Positions 1 to 13,585 of a stretch of DNA of 64,000 nt are shown here, piece by piece. The first letter of the stretch is position 1, and every line of letters starts with the position of its first letter. Both the position numbers and the translations under genes were made by a program. The notes under the pieces were generated by a model. That model did no database searches and had not been told where the DNA came from. It worked only from the letters and a program-made list of their open reading frames with translations. This stretch comes from Camelus ferus. Taxonomy: Eukaryota. The stretch spans positions 61,134,001-61,198,000 of the forward strand of contig NC_045696.1 in NCBI RefSeq assembly GCF_009834535.1, read 5' to 3'.

Positions 1-3000
1 GCGGTCCCCCACTTAAAATCCAGAGCTTTCTACTTTGCTTTTTCTTGTTAACTGGGAATAGAGTGAATTCTGTTGGTTTTTAACATCATGTAGGGTCCTG
101 AGCTCAGGATGACTCCGTTTTAACAAACCTTAGCAAGCAGTTTCCCGGGGCACTGCCGCCTTACATTTGCCCACAGGCCTAGGAGTAGGTGAGGCACAAA
201 GCCCACAGGCTGCACGTAGGATCAACAAAACTGTTTTCATGTTCATTTCTTTTACAATCAGAAGGGAAAAAGTCATTGCAAAAATAATAAATATGTAATC
301 ATGAATCCAGCCTTGACTGCAGTAATCCAACACAGTCATAAAATGTAATTTTTATTTTATTTCATTTTGGCAGAGGAAGGGGCACAGGAAGGCAAAAGTG
401 CCTAGGGCCCATGAAAGTCATTGTGTTGACTCTTTTCTGGATGGTTTCCACAAAAGTCTAGACCCAGTGATAAAGAGGTAAGTGTAGTGGTAGCAGTTCA
501 TAGATGACAATCAAAGTTCATTTTATATTATTTCACGTATCTTATACTGATTTTTCTCCCCGAAAACTATCTTTAACTGTTAAAAAATCACAGAGCTAAC
601 TTCTTTTTTATTCAACCTTTATGTTGACACTAAATTTTTCTGATACAATCTTACTGAGATAAAATAATGAATCCAGTTTTAACAAATCTTCAGTATTTGA
701 TTCTTTACTGAGATGGTGTTAGCTCCATTTATCAAGAGATGTTCTCTTATGTAATATGAACATCAAGGCTAAGACACTGCTCCTTCTTTGAAACGAGCTC
801 TTTTCTCCAAGGTGATAATTGCCAGTTTCAAAATACTTAATCAAAAGCGGAGGGTTTTCATGATTAGCAAAATTTAAAAACTCAGAGCATTAATAAGGTT
901 AATATTTAGAAGAAAGTGCTTCTCTAGGAGGTAGAGGGCTCTGACATATACATTCAGGGCCTCAAATTTAAACTTGTCAACTACATACACTAGTTTTTAA
1001 AAAATCCTATAAAGTGAATGTGCTTTTCAAATGAAAAGGCATCAGCAATTTTTTTTCAAGGAATTTAGAATAAAATTAAATTTTAATATTTTTTATTGGA
1101 TTTCAAGTGGCCAGTCTTTCCACTTGAGACTGCCCTGAGAGATACAAAAAGATGAAGACAGGTTCCTTTACTGGAGAATGAACAGTACCCGTGCAGAAGA
1201 AGACCACTCAGTCCCATGGCCTGGAGTGCACTCCTGGTTTGCCAGGCAGCACTGAGGCTAAATTAGCCCGAAGTTGGGTCTGGTCAATAAAACGTGTGCC
1301 TGGTCAGAGGTTTAGACATGCCTGGAGGGAAGCGTAAAAAAAATTCTACAATAGGGGATGGAGGTGCATGATTTCCACAGAGTGAGGCACCTGATTAGGG
1401 CTGCTTCATATATATATTTTTTTAACCTCAGGAATATAACTACTTATAGCTGTCTTCCTTATGAAGAAGAAGGCAAGGTTAAACTAGAATGGTGACCAGA
1501 CTGTTTTAAATTCCATGGTGGGAGGGAGTATTAACTCTTTCAACCTGACTTATAGCATTTTCTTTAAAGCAAATTAAATTTCTACCTTAAAAATTTTTTA
1601 ACATTTGTCCCTATCTAGCAGAAACCTAATGAGTGAATGCACATACTCTAGCCCTGGTCACATCATAACATTATGTTAATTTAATTGATCACACCAATTT
1701 TTTTTCAATTTCTTTGCCAGGCAGAATGTTTAAACGCCAGCTTGTTTTATTTAAAATAATTGACTGCACTCACTAGCTGCAGACAAAGCCTCAGTCAGCC
1801 AGTAGAGCGTACCCACCTTCTTAAATTTATCTTTAAGGTCCTTGAATCTTCTAAACCAAGAAGAAACCAAGAAACCTTGAGGGGTTTTTTTTCCCCTTAG
1901 GAACTGATTCTTTTTGGTTTTTAATAGCTCTCTAGCTGTTTTCAAAAAATTTTTTTAACCTCTGTGTGCACAACTAGTTGAAGGAATGTAGTTCACAGTG
2001 AGACAAACTCCCAGAGAATCTGGGTTTGAGTACAGTTCCAGGAGTTGACTAGATTCCCACCACTTTCTCTTCTTAAGAAAGCGATTTAGACTTTCAAGTG
2101 AGTGAGAATGACTATGAGTCAGCTCTAATTTATCAAAAAGAAAATGACTCACTTGTAAGTTTCTATACTTTATTAATAGTAACTAATTACAGGTGACACA
2201 CTTCTAAGCTGGTGGGGACAAATGCACGAGCTAAGTTGTAGAGCTGTGCTAGAAAGTCCTTGGGTTCTTATTTAACCCAAAACGACTCTGCTTCAGCTTT
2301 AAAAGGGGACTTCCTTTACTCAGAATTATGAGCAGATTTGTTTATAAGACTCCAAATACTATTCCTGCTTTCTCCTCAGTAAAGTTTCAAAACTCGGATT
2401 CTCTAGATAAGGTGTAGATTGGGAAACAGACACTATGCAATTATTATTAAGCTTGTTTCATTTTCCTTAGAACATAAATAAAAGCAATGCTCTGTCACCA
2501 GGCTGTGAATCACTAGGCAGAAGCTATTTACATGCCAAACTTACTAAACTTATTATAGGTTTTTGGCAATTAACATCTTTTCAGGACCTGCATCACCTTT
2601 GTTTAAAATCAATATCAGCGGCAAAATTTCATGATTGCATAGTCCAATTTTTTTAAGTAAAGATTTTTGCTTGTTTGTTTATAAAAGTAGTATAGTTCCA
2701 TTTTCAGCAACAGGGCAGAAGAGAGAAAGCCTTTAACTACAAAACCTGCAAATGCCAGAGGACGTGTAATAAATGTTTCCTGAATGCAGAACCAAGATCA
2801 GAAGAAAGAAAGGGAGACATTCAGGAGTGAAGGAGTTGAAAAACTAAGGTAAATAAGTGCTTTCGCAAGATTTGTAGATTTCTGAGATCTAGAGTTTGGG
2901 ATTTAAGGGCTGTCTGGGAAAGGAGACATAATCTTAGATCAGGACACTGTAAATTGAATATCTTCTGCATAAAGCTAAAACCCTCAGTGAAAATGCGGCC

Positions 3001-3049
3001 TAGAAAAATCAAAAAGAAAAAAGAAAAAAGAAAAAAGAAAGCTGAGTGA

Positions 3050-4940
3050 AAGATATAATTAAGAACAGAACTTAGTGATAGGAAAAGAACTGAAAACAGG
3101 ATTACTTACTGTAAAAGTTGGTTTTCTGAAGATAAAATAGATACACTCCTAGCAGAAAGAAGGAAATAATAAAGATTACAGCAAAGATAAATAAAATAAA
3201 AAATAGAAAAACAGTAGAGAGAATCAATGAAACCAAAAGTTGATTCTTTGAAAAGATCCAAAATTGACAAACTTTTAGCTAGATGGACTAAGGGGGAAAA
3301 AAAAAGACTCATATTATGAAAACCAGAAATGAAAATGAGGACAATACTACTGATTCTACAAAAATTAAAAAGATTCTAAGTGATTACTATGAACAATTAT
3401 ACACTGACACACTGGATAACTAAGATAAAATGATCAATGTGCCTCCTAGACATGAAAGCGCTATCAAGACAATCATGAAGAAATAGAAAATCCAAATAGA
3501 TCTAAAACTTGTAAGGAGATGGAACCAACAAAGAAAAACCCTGGCCCTCATGGCCTTACTGCTGAATTCTACCAAACACTTGAAGAACTAACACCAAACA
3601 TCAAACTTTTCCAATAAATTAAGCACTTTCTAACTCATTCTTTTAGGTGAGCATTACCCTGATACCAAACCCAGACAAAGACACTATAAGAAAAGAAAAC
3701 TACATCCCTTATAACAATATTCCTTATGAAAACTAATGCAAAAATCCTCAACAAAACAGTAGCAAGTCGAATTCAGCAGCATATTGAAAGGATTATACAC
3801 TATGACCAAGTCAGATTTATTCCTGGAATACAATGATGATTCAGCACACAAAACCCAATCATTGTAACATACCACATGAGCAGAATTAAGGGGGGAAAAT
3901 GACATGATCATCGCAACTGATACAGAAAAAGCATTTGACAAAATTCAGTAACACTTTCACGATAAAAACACTCAACAAACTAGGAGTAGAAGGAAACTAC
4001 CTCAATGTAATGAAAGTCATGTATGAAATTCAGGTGTGAAAGTCCCACAGCAAATACCACACTCATTGGTGAAGCACTGCAAATGTTTTCTCTAAGATCA
4101 GGAAAAAATCCAGGATGTCCACTTTTCTCCACTTCTATTCAACATAGTACTGAAAGTTCTAGTCAAATCAATAATGCAAGAAAAAGAAATAAGAGGCATC
4201 CAAACTGGAAAGGAAGAAGTAAAATCATCTCTGTTTGCAGGTGAGGATATGGGGAAATTGGAACCCTTGTACAGATTGGAGCCCTGTTGGTGGGAACGTA
4301 AAATTTTGTAGTCAGTATGGCAGGAATGGTATGGCATTTCCTTAAAAAATTAAGAAGAGAATTACTGTATGATCCAGCAAGTCCACTTTTGGATGTATAT
4401 CCAAAAGAACTGAAATACATTGAAGAGGTATTTGTATACCCATGTTCATAGCAGCATTACTTCATAATAGCTAAAACATGGGAGCACTCAAGTGTCCATT
4501 AGTAGATGAACGGATAACCAAATGTGGTCTTATAAGTACAATGGAATATTATTCAGCCTAAAAAGGAACAAAATCTGAACATATGCCACAACATGGATGA
4601 ATCTTGATGACAATTTGCTAAGTGAAATTAGCTAAGTCACAAAAAGACAAACGTTGTATGACTTCACAAATATGAAGTACTTGAACACTAGTCAAAATCA
4701 CTAAGACAAAAAGTAGAATGGTGGTTGCCCAGGGCTTGGGGGAAGAGGGAAATGGGAAGCTATTGTTTAATGAGTACAGAGTTTCAGTTTTACAGATGAA
4801 AAGAGTTCTAGAGATGTACAGTGGTGACAGGACCACAACATTATGAATGTATTTAATGTCACAGGACTGTACACTTAAAAACAGTTACGACGGTAAATTT
4901 TACGTACGCATATTTTACCACAATTTAAAAAATCGAAAAG
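3050..4940 (+). mobile_element. Old L1 (ORF2 fragment joined to an L1M 3' end)
   Basis: Typical ORF2 sequence (accaaaagttgattctttgaaaagatc, aaagcatttgacaaaattc) breaking at TTTGCAG (4240) into the ORF2 end/3'UTR (gtgaggatatggggaaattggaaccc...). Confidence 0.9.
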
Positions 4941-4979
4941 AAAAATGAATTGAGGAAAAAATAAGAAACTGAATATAAA

Positions 4980-5960
4980 CTATTTTAAATTGAATCATCA
5001 GTTAAAAGGAGAAAAAGCCCATCCCTCACAAAAGTTAGGTCAAGGTGATTTTATAGGCAATTTTACCAGATAGTCAAGAAATAGATAATTTCAATTTTAT
5101 ACAACCTCTTCCAGGGTTTAGTAAAAGAGGAAATGCTCCACAACTAATTTAGTTAGATTGGTCTAAAACCAAAACACAAATAATAATAATAATAAGAAAG
5201 GAAAACAACAAAGCAATAAATCTCAGTAATATATAGATGGAAACGTCTTACACACAATATTAGCCAGTCAAATTCAATATTTGATTTATAAAAAATACAT
5301 CATGATTACATCAGAAATACAAGAATAATATGAAACTGCTTTTAATGTAAATCACCATATAAACAGAAGGAAGGGAAAACATGATCATCACAACAGATAC
5401 AGGAAAAAAATTGGGTAAAATTCAATACTCACCCCTGTTAAAATTTCTAGCAAACTAAAAACAGAAATTAATTCCCTTAACCTGCTAAACAATATCAATA
5501 AAACCCTATAGTAAACATCATACTTAAATATTGGAAATTGGAAATATTTCCTTTCAAATTCAGAAGGAGTCCAAGATGCCAGCAGTAACTACTTGTATTC
5601 GACATTATGCTTGTAGTCTAGCCAGTGCAACAAAATGAGAAAAGTAAACAAAGATATGAAGGTATAGAGAAGTTCTTTTTGGTATGGAAGGGAAGAAACA
5701 AACTTGTGATTATTTGCAGATGATTTATTTGTTTATATAGAAAACCTCTTTAAATTTATAAATCTTTAGTAAAGTTTTACATTTATGATCAAAACTTTTA
5801 AAATAACTGCATTCCCATACATTAGCAAAAAAAAAAAAATTTTAATTATAGTGTTTATGATAGTGACAAATATAAAGTACCTAAGAATAAATCTAACAAA
5901 AGATGTGCTTAATCTTTGTGGACAAAGTTAAACAATATTAAAATATATTAAAGAAGATAT
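4980..5960 (+). mobile_element. Highly diverged L1 (L1ME-like) ORF2 fragment
   Basis: A-rich ORF2 relic including tttgcagatgat (FADD) near 5713. Confidence 0.75.
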
Positions 5961-6132
5961 ACTCATTATATTAAAAGTTGTAAAATATAGATCATTGAAA
6001 AACCAAAACCCCACGGTCTCACTATGCAGACAACTACATTGTTATGTATCTTCTAGGATTTTTTCCTATGCTTTAAAAAAGATTTAGTTCAAGTTACCTA
6101 GTATATAGGACTTTGCATCCTTTTAAAAACTT

Positions 6133-6584
6133 TACCAGGTATCAGTAGCATTTCTTCCTGCTTTTAAAAAGTTTGTAAATACAGCCTGAAGAAAGACAAA
6201 TTCTTTCTGTCTTGGATGGTGGTTCTTTCTCTTCCTCCTTTTGTAGGTGTGGAGGTGTTGGCTCAGTGGGACTGGGCCGCCAAAGGTCAACAGCAAGATC
6301 TTGGGTGTTGTGTGTAAATACTGCTTGCTGCATTCCGGAGGCCCCCTTTCCTGACAAAGCCATTCCCTCAGACTGAAAACTCCCACTGTTGCCATCCCCA
6401 TTTCCCTACAAACAGCAGCAGCACAGGGGCAGGCCTCTCTCCTAGAGGACTTCCTCCCAGGGGTCCTGCTGTAAACACCTATCTGTGAGATGAGGAGCGC
6501 TCACCATCGTGTGCACTCTACTGCTTCTGTGCTTGTTTTTCCTTAATAAACCTTACTTTATGTTTGTTCCATGTGTTGCCAGTA

Positions 6585-6585
<1 letters not shown>
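6133..6585 (+). mobile_element. Solo ERVL LTR (LTR41-like)
   Basis: 5' end resembles LTR41 as recalled; internal TATA-like gtaaata and AATAAA at 6545; sits within an L1ME relic. Confidence 0.6.

Positions 6586-6587
<2 letters not shown>

Positions 6588-6657
<70 letters not shown>
6588..6657. repeat. (GT)n(GA)n compound microsatellite
   Basis: Seen directly. Confidence 0.98.
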
Positions 6658-6658
<1 letters not shown>

Positions 6659-7446
6659 TATGTGCCCCTTATGAAACACTGGACATTGTCTTTCTACATT
6701 AAATAATACTCCATCACTGGGAAAGCCCATAAATAACTAACTGTTGGACATTTAGGCTGTTTCCCGTGCTTTGCTATAATAAATAAAGCCTTGATGTATA
6801 ATATTTTGTTTTGGTTTCATTATTTCAGCTCATTTCCTCGACATAAATCTCTGTAAGTGGGATTGCTGCTTAATGCTGTTATAAAAGTTTTTACATCATT
6901 CACACATACTGCCTAATTTCTCTGCAGAGAGGTCATGCCAATTCACAGCCCCAGTCAGTTTATGAGACAGTTAATGTTTCCCAATACCCTCTCCCTTTGA
7001 GAAAAATCTCGGCTTGGCAGTACTAATTTTAAATCTTGTCAAACAAGACTGTGTCCTTCTGAATCATTGTTTAAAGCCCTTGCTAATTGTGGGCTGAGTT
7101 GATCAGAGCCTCCTGCTCCAGCGTATCGGGAGGCTAGTGAGCCCCTTCACGCCGACGATGTAGGTTTATTTTGTAGGGGAGGAGGCGCAGTCTTAACAAG
7201 GCTCTAAATCTGGCGGTCTTGTTGTTAGAAGGAAGAGATTAGCGTTAGTTACATCAAAACTACGGTATTGTATTTGTCTTTCACCACCATTTAAGTAATA
7301 AATCTTAAGCTGCTTCTTCAATGGATTATTTAGCTATTTATGAAAACAGTTTGCAGGTAACCCAGACTAGTAAACTTGAGTAGGTTATTCTCAGGCAAGA
7401 AATCCTATGGCGGGGCAGGGCTATAGAGAAGTTCTTTTTGGTAAGA

Positions 7447-7617
7447 AAGTGGTTCCCAAAAGATAGGGTGCATCTGAATCCCGGCGGGAGCTTGTCAGAA
7501 TACATTCTGGGCTTTAACGCTCACCCGGATACCCCAGGTATGGGGCGGGATCCCGGAATCTGCCTTTTAACACACGCCCACAGTGACTCTATGGACCACA
7601 TTTTAAGAAACACTGCT
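7447..7617. mobile_element. MER5-type hAT-Charlie MITE
   Basis: agtggttcccaaa ... ttaagaaacactg termini; ggaatctgccttttaaca core. Confidence 0.75.
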
Positions 7618-7724
7618 CTTAAAAGTTTTTCATAAGCTAAAACCACCTTACTGAAGTTGTGAGGCACAGGAACGCAGGGTCTCGACCAAGCTTTGTTTTA
7701 AACAATATTCTCAGCCTTATTCTT

Positions 7725-7794
7725 CTTTATTTATTTCTATTGAATTATAGCCAGTTTACAATGTTGTGTCAATTTCTGGTGTACAGCACATCCC
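7725..7794 (-). mobile_element. Severely 5'-truncated L1 3' tip
   Basis: tattgaattatagccagtttacaatgttgtgtcaatttctggtgtacagc; TSD cagYcttattctt. Confidence 0.8.
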
Positions 7795-7959
7795 CAGTCT
7801 TATTCTTGTTACTCAAGCTTTGTTGGAATGAACTGACTGTGTCTTTTAGCAGAACGCGTGGCAGCCCTTTCGGTTTTCGTCAGATTGTTAGACAAAGGAA
7901 GCCTAACATTCTCACCCTGGCCAAATACAGAACCTATCTGCAAAGCAGAGAACTAAGGA

Positions 7960-8169
7960 TTTGACTGTGAAGAGTCCATATTTGAGAGAAACAGGGTTTT
8001 CCCACCCCTCCCCTCCTTTCTCTGTGACACGCCATCTTCCACTTTACGGAAAACACCAAAGCCATCTAACTTGATCTCCTTCGATGTCCAGGACCCTCTC
8101 CAGCAGGAAATGTCTGTCTTCACCATGCACTTTATCCTGCCCTCAAAGAAAGGCTACATCTTCACTGAA

Positions 8170-8200
<31 letters not shown>

Positions 8201-9425
8201 TGTGCGCCCCTGTCTGCCCCACTCCCTCCTGGGATGGCTGAGTCTGTCGCTTGTCTCCGTCGAAGAGTCTCTTTCTGCTTTGCTCCTTCTCTCCCACTGA
8301 CAATCATATTTAGGTCTTTCTTGACCTAAAATAAAAGTCTTTCGTTCCTATTGTGTCCTCTGTATCCCTATCTTTTGTTTCACCCACGAGCATCCTGAAA
8401 GAGGGGTCTTGTCTACAGCCATACCACCCTGAGCATGCCCCATCCCGTCTGAAAGAGGGGTCTCCACTCCCCACTTCTTCCTTTGTCATCATCTACTCTT
8501 TACACTTTCTTCCAGCTTAATCACCTCACAGAAAACGCTTTTCCCAAAAGTTACCCCAAATCTCCTTCCTAAGCACCAAAACCAATTTTCTTCTCAGTTC
8601 CTATTAATTTCTGAAAAATGTGGCACCATTCACTCATTCATTCAACAAATATTTCTTGAGCATCCACCTCAATATTCTCTCCTTGACCAGCGTCCCCTTG
8701 GTATTTGCACAGTGCTGCCCTCCTGGAGGCTGAAGGATTCTTCTCCGCACAACACTTTCCCTGTTCCTTCTGTTCCCTTGGCCTCTTCCCAGCTCCCAAG
8801 GAAGTCGAGCTTCTGGGGGTCACATCTCGAGCCCTTTCCCTCTCCCTCTGCACTTTCTCTCTGGCTAAATTGTTGCATCTCTTTTCACACCTCACACATG
8901 TACAATTCTCCCCTGACTTCACATCTATTTTCCAGACTCACCTTTCCAGCCATTTCCTGGCTGGCCTGTCAAATGCAACACATCCATGTCGAACTTTCTC
9001 TCAAACTATTTCATCTACCTTCCTTATGTTAATTGTAACCTCAGTCCCCCAGATACTCAAACCAGAAACCCGAGTCATCTTTGATTCCTTCCTCTTCCTT
9101 GTTGCCAACAACATAGTTTGGCACCAACTGCTGTTCCTCCCACCGATTTCTCCCACGTGGTCAGTTGTCCCCTGTGCTGTGTTATCCTCATCACTCGAAC
9201 TGTTGCAGCCGCCTCTTTTTTTGGGGGGGGGGGGATTAGATTTACTTATTTATTTATTTTTAATGCAGGTACTGGGGATTGAACTCAGGACACTAAGCAC
9301 ACACTCTACCACTTGAGCTATACCATCCCCGTCGCCCTGCAGCTGCCTCTTAACTGCTCTTCCTGACCCCTCGATTTCCTACCCTGCCTCAGCTTGCACA
9401 CACCGCTGCCAGCTTGATCTTCCGC
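7960..9425 (+). mobile_element. Fragmented L2 (with (AC)n at about 8170-8197 and a SINE inside)
   Basis: L2 hallmarks such as ccagaaacccgagtcatctttgattccttcctc. Confidence 0.6.
9218..9330 (-). mobile_element. tRNA-Ala-derived camelid SINE (Vic-1-like)
   Basis: Reverse of ggggatggtatagctcaagtggtagag...gttcaatccccagtacc; TSD tgcagcYgcctctt. Confidence 0.85.
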
Positions 9426-9429
9426 TCTG

Positions 9430-9884
9430 GGGACCAGGAAGGAGAGTTTCTTCTAGCCCCTCCGTAGCAGCGATCACTTTAGAAAGTGCTGGATTGCCTG
9501 CCCTAGGAGGCAACTGCTTGGATCCTAAGGGCCTGGGTCTAACTTTTTTCAGAGCCATGGAGACTGGTGGCTGGAATTGTTCCTGTCATCCTCTCACGAC
9601 GGATAAGGAAACCAAGGTCCTGAAACATGGGTCCTCAGAGCGAGGCCATGAGGAGCTGGCTGAGAAGAGTGTTTGAGTCTTGTCAGTGGGTCTGTCTGCA
9701 CTGAGAATGGTTTCTGTAGCCGGGAATGCCCATTACCAAGGCATTTCTACCCTGAAGGCGGTTTCTGTGGGAGACACTGTCTTCACTTCGAGTTCCCGAG
9801 TGTCAACGGACTTGTGATTAATTGACCTACGCTGCTGGGAGTAGGAATTTCTTTCATACTTCTCTCACCAAACACATTTTGACT
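9430..9884 (-). pseudogene. Probable third decayed S/T-rich exon, truncated against an L2 fragment
   Basis: Acceptor ttttattatttacag| at 9885; translations SQNVFGERSMKEIPTPSSVGQLITSPLTLG, VKTVSPTETAF, FPATETILSADRPTDKTQTLFSASSS, MTGTIPATSLHGS; separated from the previous exon by a 280-bp MIR-containing intron. Confidence 0.5.
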
Positions 9885-9929
9885 CTGTAAATAATAAAAA
9901 TTTTGATGCTTTATGGCTTTTCTTAGTTA

Positions 9930-10060
9930 ATAGTACCCCCGTTTCACAGATGAGGAAACTGAGATTTGGAGAGGCTGCCTTGCCCAGTATTGCATATCTT
10001 GTCAGTGATGGGCTGGGGCTCAAAGGTAAGAAAAACCCAAGACCTGGAAGGTGTGAGCTA
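9930..10060 (-). mobile_element. MIR
   Basis: Core cccgtttcacagatgaggaaactgag. Confidence 0.85.
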
Positions 10061-10164
10061 TTGCTCAGCTGCAGCACTGTCACTGAGTGCCTGGCCTCTC
10101 CACATTTTATGCTCTTCTAACCCTACCTCAAGGGAACTAAAGTAAAGGATGGTGACTAACTTGC

Positions 10165-12398
10165 CCTGAGTTCTTGGCCTATCACATGCAGGGTGGTCTC
10201 AGCCTGGGGACGAGTCTGACACATTTTCAGGGGCAAGTGACATCAGGCTATTTCTCCCAATTTCCTTGGTGTCTCCTTATCTGTGACGACGTCAGAGTGA
10301 GTTGTAATGGCGGTTGACCCCTTGTGGGGACCAGACTGCAGTCAGAAGACACATGTGTGGTATCACGTAAAATGGATCGTTTTAAAGACGTTCTTCCAGA
10401 GAAGGCACCTGCATCTAGGGATGGGGAGGGCACCAGAGCTGGCACCAAGGTGGGGCATCCCTCACTCTGAGTTCTGGAAGTCTCCATGGATGTCTCTGCT
10501 CCCACTGCAGTCAGAGAGCCGTGTCTGGGGGAGAAGTCCAGCCGTTGTCTTGGGCCTCCCAGGGCTGCAGGGGCGGCCAGTGTGATGCTGTTGCTCCTGC
10601 ATGGCCCTCTGGTGACTCCACAGGTATGAGGACGTGATGGGTGTGTTGTTGACTCAGGTGAAGGAGTGGTGGCATAGGTGGTGACGGGAGACAGCGTTCC
10701 CACAGAGTGCTGAAGTCACTCTCTGAAGAGCAAACAAAGCCTGGGTCTCGCTTGTGTATATGTGGGCAGAGGTTTATTCTTAATGCCTAGTTTGTTTGTC
10801 TTGAGTTATTTCTGGAACCAGAGGTGAGAAACCCGTAAGCCTTGTCATCCACCAAGTTTCACTTTTCTGCTGTTATTTCCTGATTTGCAGTGATTTCCCC
10901 AGGCTGTGCCGAGGGCAGTGTACAGTCAGGGAAAACACCCAACTGCAAGGATAAATTTGAAGAGAAAACTGACTCCCAGGTGGGCAGCGGGTGCCCTGAA
11001 AGGTGTGAAGAAGCTGGAGGAAAGAGGCAGAGCCACCAGTCTTGCCATCCTACGTGGGAGCCACAGGCCTCCTGTGTGTGTGTTAGTCTCGGTATCGGGT
11101 CAGAACCCCCTCCTCATCAGGTGCAGCTTCACCCCCTCTCACAGAGGAGGAAGGAGGTTATAGGAACTGTTGCTCACGCGCAGCTGGGTCTGCGCTTCCC
11201 AGGACCAAGGATGAAGACTGCGGTCCTCTCAGAAATTCTTGGTGACCAAAGGCTGACATTTCTGAGAGGTTCCTGGGCTGTGGGTGATTTCAGGCTTCTG
11301 CCCCTCTGTGGTCAGTGTTTGGGAGCTGCACCTCAGGGATGATTGGTTGGTGTTAGATGATGGATGTGATGGTTATTGGAGCCCCTGCTGTAGGAGCTGT
11401 GATGGATGACAACGGAGGTGGTGTCTGTGGTTTGTGGTTTCCTGCTGTTATTTTAGAGGAAATAGAAACTGTGACCAGTGTTGTGTCCGCTGGGTATTTT
11501 TCCTCCATTTTTCCTAGAATTCAAGATGAGGAAAGACGCTAACTCAAAATGCCCTTAGGATAACTGATCTCGCGGTATCTCCAGCAACTGGAATGACGGA
11601 TGGCGCACAGGAATTACTCCACAGACATCTGCTGGGTGAATGAACTCATGTATCCCTGTCCTCTGGTCTTTGGCTCTTCCAGCTGAGGTTGGAGACAGGG
11701 TGACAATGCACCTATTTCTTCTGTAACTGTCACGTTGGTCCAGGGATGGTCCCGAGGCCAAGAGGAGGCCAGCATGATGATTGCAGCCGAGGTGGTGTGA
11801 ACACCACTGCAGCAGAAGGTAGCCAAACTCCTGAGGGCCACCCTAGGCGGGGAGGGTGTGCCTGCCTTGATGGGGCCAGGGAGACACGATCTCCAAAACC
11901 AAGATGGTGGAGGCTGGAGGTGGAACTTCCGAGGAGAGGAGGGCGTGGAGGAAAAGGCAAGTTGGAGCTGTGCTGGTGAGCATATGATCAATGCTGGGGT
12001 TTTTTGTTACGCTTCTTGGGCGTAGTTCTAGGTCTTCTGGGGTTATCACCAGGGTAACCTTGGTGCTGCCACATCAGATGCTGGGAGAAATTAAATCAAA
12101 TGACCTGTGGCGGTATCAAAGGTGAAGAAATGGTGGGTCGATAGGCATTGTTTGTGGTGTGACTTCAGTGGGTACAGTTGGAAAGGAGAGATAAGGTTCT
12201 TGCTTTGGAGCCAGCTGTGAACGATGAATTCTAAATGAATTTCCTTGGTGTTATTAACCGAATGTTTCGTGGTCAGCTCAAAGGAGGTGGCCCCACTTAC
12301 TGATGAGGAAAAGGAAGAAAGGCTTGAGAAAGCTGTAATGACGCCAGTGACTTTTCCAGTACTCTGATTCCTCTGAACACAGGTCAGCTGGTTCTTAA
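10165..12398 (-). pseudogene. Decayed 2.2-kb Ser/Thr/Pro-rich (mucin-type, MUC16-N-terminus-like) exon
   Basis: Acceptor cttcattctcttctcccccaag| at 12399. The phase-1 frame is open for 101 codons (VKNQLTCVQRNQSTGKVTGVITAFSSLSSFSSSVSGATSFELTTKHSVNNTKEIHLE...). Further S/T/P-rich pieces occur in shifting frames (FPTVPTEVTPQT, LLSSEVPPPASTI, TPPPLSSITAPTAGAPITITS, GTLSPVTTYATTPSPESTT, GAETSMETSRT..PSPSLDAGAFSGRTS). It ends at AGG|GCAAGT (10164). Many stops and frameshifts; no interspersed repeat recognised inside. Confidence 0.65.
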
Positions 12399-12569
12399 CT
12401 TGGGGGAGAAGAGAATGAAGCTGGATAGCAATATCATATCAACTATTGTGATTTGGTGTTTGTCGTTTTTAACTGTGATTCCAGACAGATGTAGTAGACA
12501 GATGTAGACAGATGATGCCCCCAACAAAGTCCTTTCTGAGCCCGACAGGACAAGCAATGGAGACAAGGC

Positions 12570-13585
12570 CATGGAGTGGTTAAGAATGTGTATTCCACAG
12601 TCAAACTGATCACCATTTGCTGTATGATTTGGGCAAGCTACCTGGGGTCCTTATCTATAAAAGTGTGGAGATGGCAGATAATAATAATACGAGTTGGATA
12701 ATGTATGTAAAATGCTTAACTCGATATGTAAACTTAATAAATGGTACCATGTGCTGCCTGTTATCTTGGTCTCTACAAACTTCTGAGATCCTGTCAAAGG
12801 CAGCAATCCCTGTGACTGTGTCCTCTTTACGGCAGAACCTCTGCTTGCTGCTGTTTTCACAGCTCTCCACCTGCTTCCCAGAGCTCCACGGCTACCCCCG
12901 GGCCAAGCCACAGCACCTTCTGCCTGGACTCCCGCAGTCAGCTCCTAACTGGTTTCCATTTCACTCTTGCCACCTTCCAATCCATTTTCCACCACAATAT
13001 CCAGGGCAACCATTCCAAACTTCAAATCTGATCACGTCACTCCTTTACCTGAAACTCCTTACTGTCTGGTCTGCCCCTCTCAGTTCCTTAAACTCCACAA
13101 TCCAGTCCCTGGCTTATAAGCCATGCATCATCTAGACCTGTCTACCTCTTTCAGGTCCTCCAAAGGCTCATCAAGATCTTTCCTTGGTCGGCGCATCTTC
13201 CCCTACCTGGCTCCTGCTCCCCACCCCTGAAGTGCACCTCGCTTACTACTCAGCCTTTGGTCTCAGCTCGCATGTACAGCACTTCCTCAGAGAGGCCCTT
13301 GTGGACTCACTAATCTACATGAAGTTTCCCTGTTTTATTCTCATTGTAATGCTTGTTCAACATAACACCACACTTGTGGCGGGGAATTTTTCTGTAATTA
13401 TTTCCTGTCTCTCTGTATACCAGATCTGAGCTCTAGGAGGCTGGGCCCCAGTCTGTTCCATTCTTCACTGTCTTCACACAGTGTTGCCCCAGAACAATGT
13501 CAGGCACATAGGAGACACTCCTTAAATAGTTGTTTAATTAACAAATGTATGAATGAATGAATGAATGAATGAATGAATGAGTGAA
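12570..13585 (+). mobile_element. MIR followed by an L2 3' end with (GAAT)n tail
   Basis: tgatttgggcaag/cttatctataaaa; tctgatcacgtcactcctt; caggcacatagg...aaatgtatgaatgaatgaatg. Confidence 0.8.

Noticed and set aside
6220..6550. Apparent plus-strand terminal exon (strong acceptor at 6246, AATAAA at 6545)
   Set aside because: Better explained as an LTR41-like solo LTR; no recognisable protein in any frame (exonisation not excluded)
8705..9316. 203-aa ORF
   Set aside because: Runs through L2 and SINE sequence; non-ATG start; no protein family features
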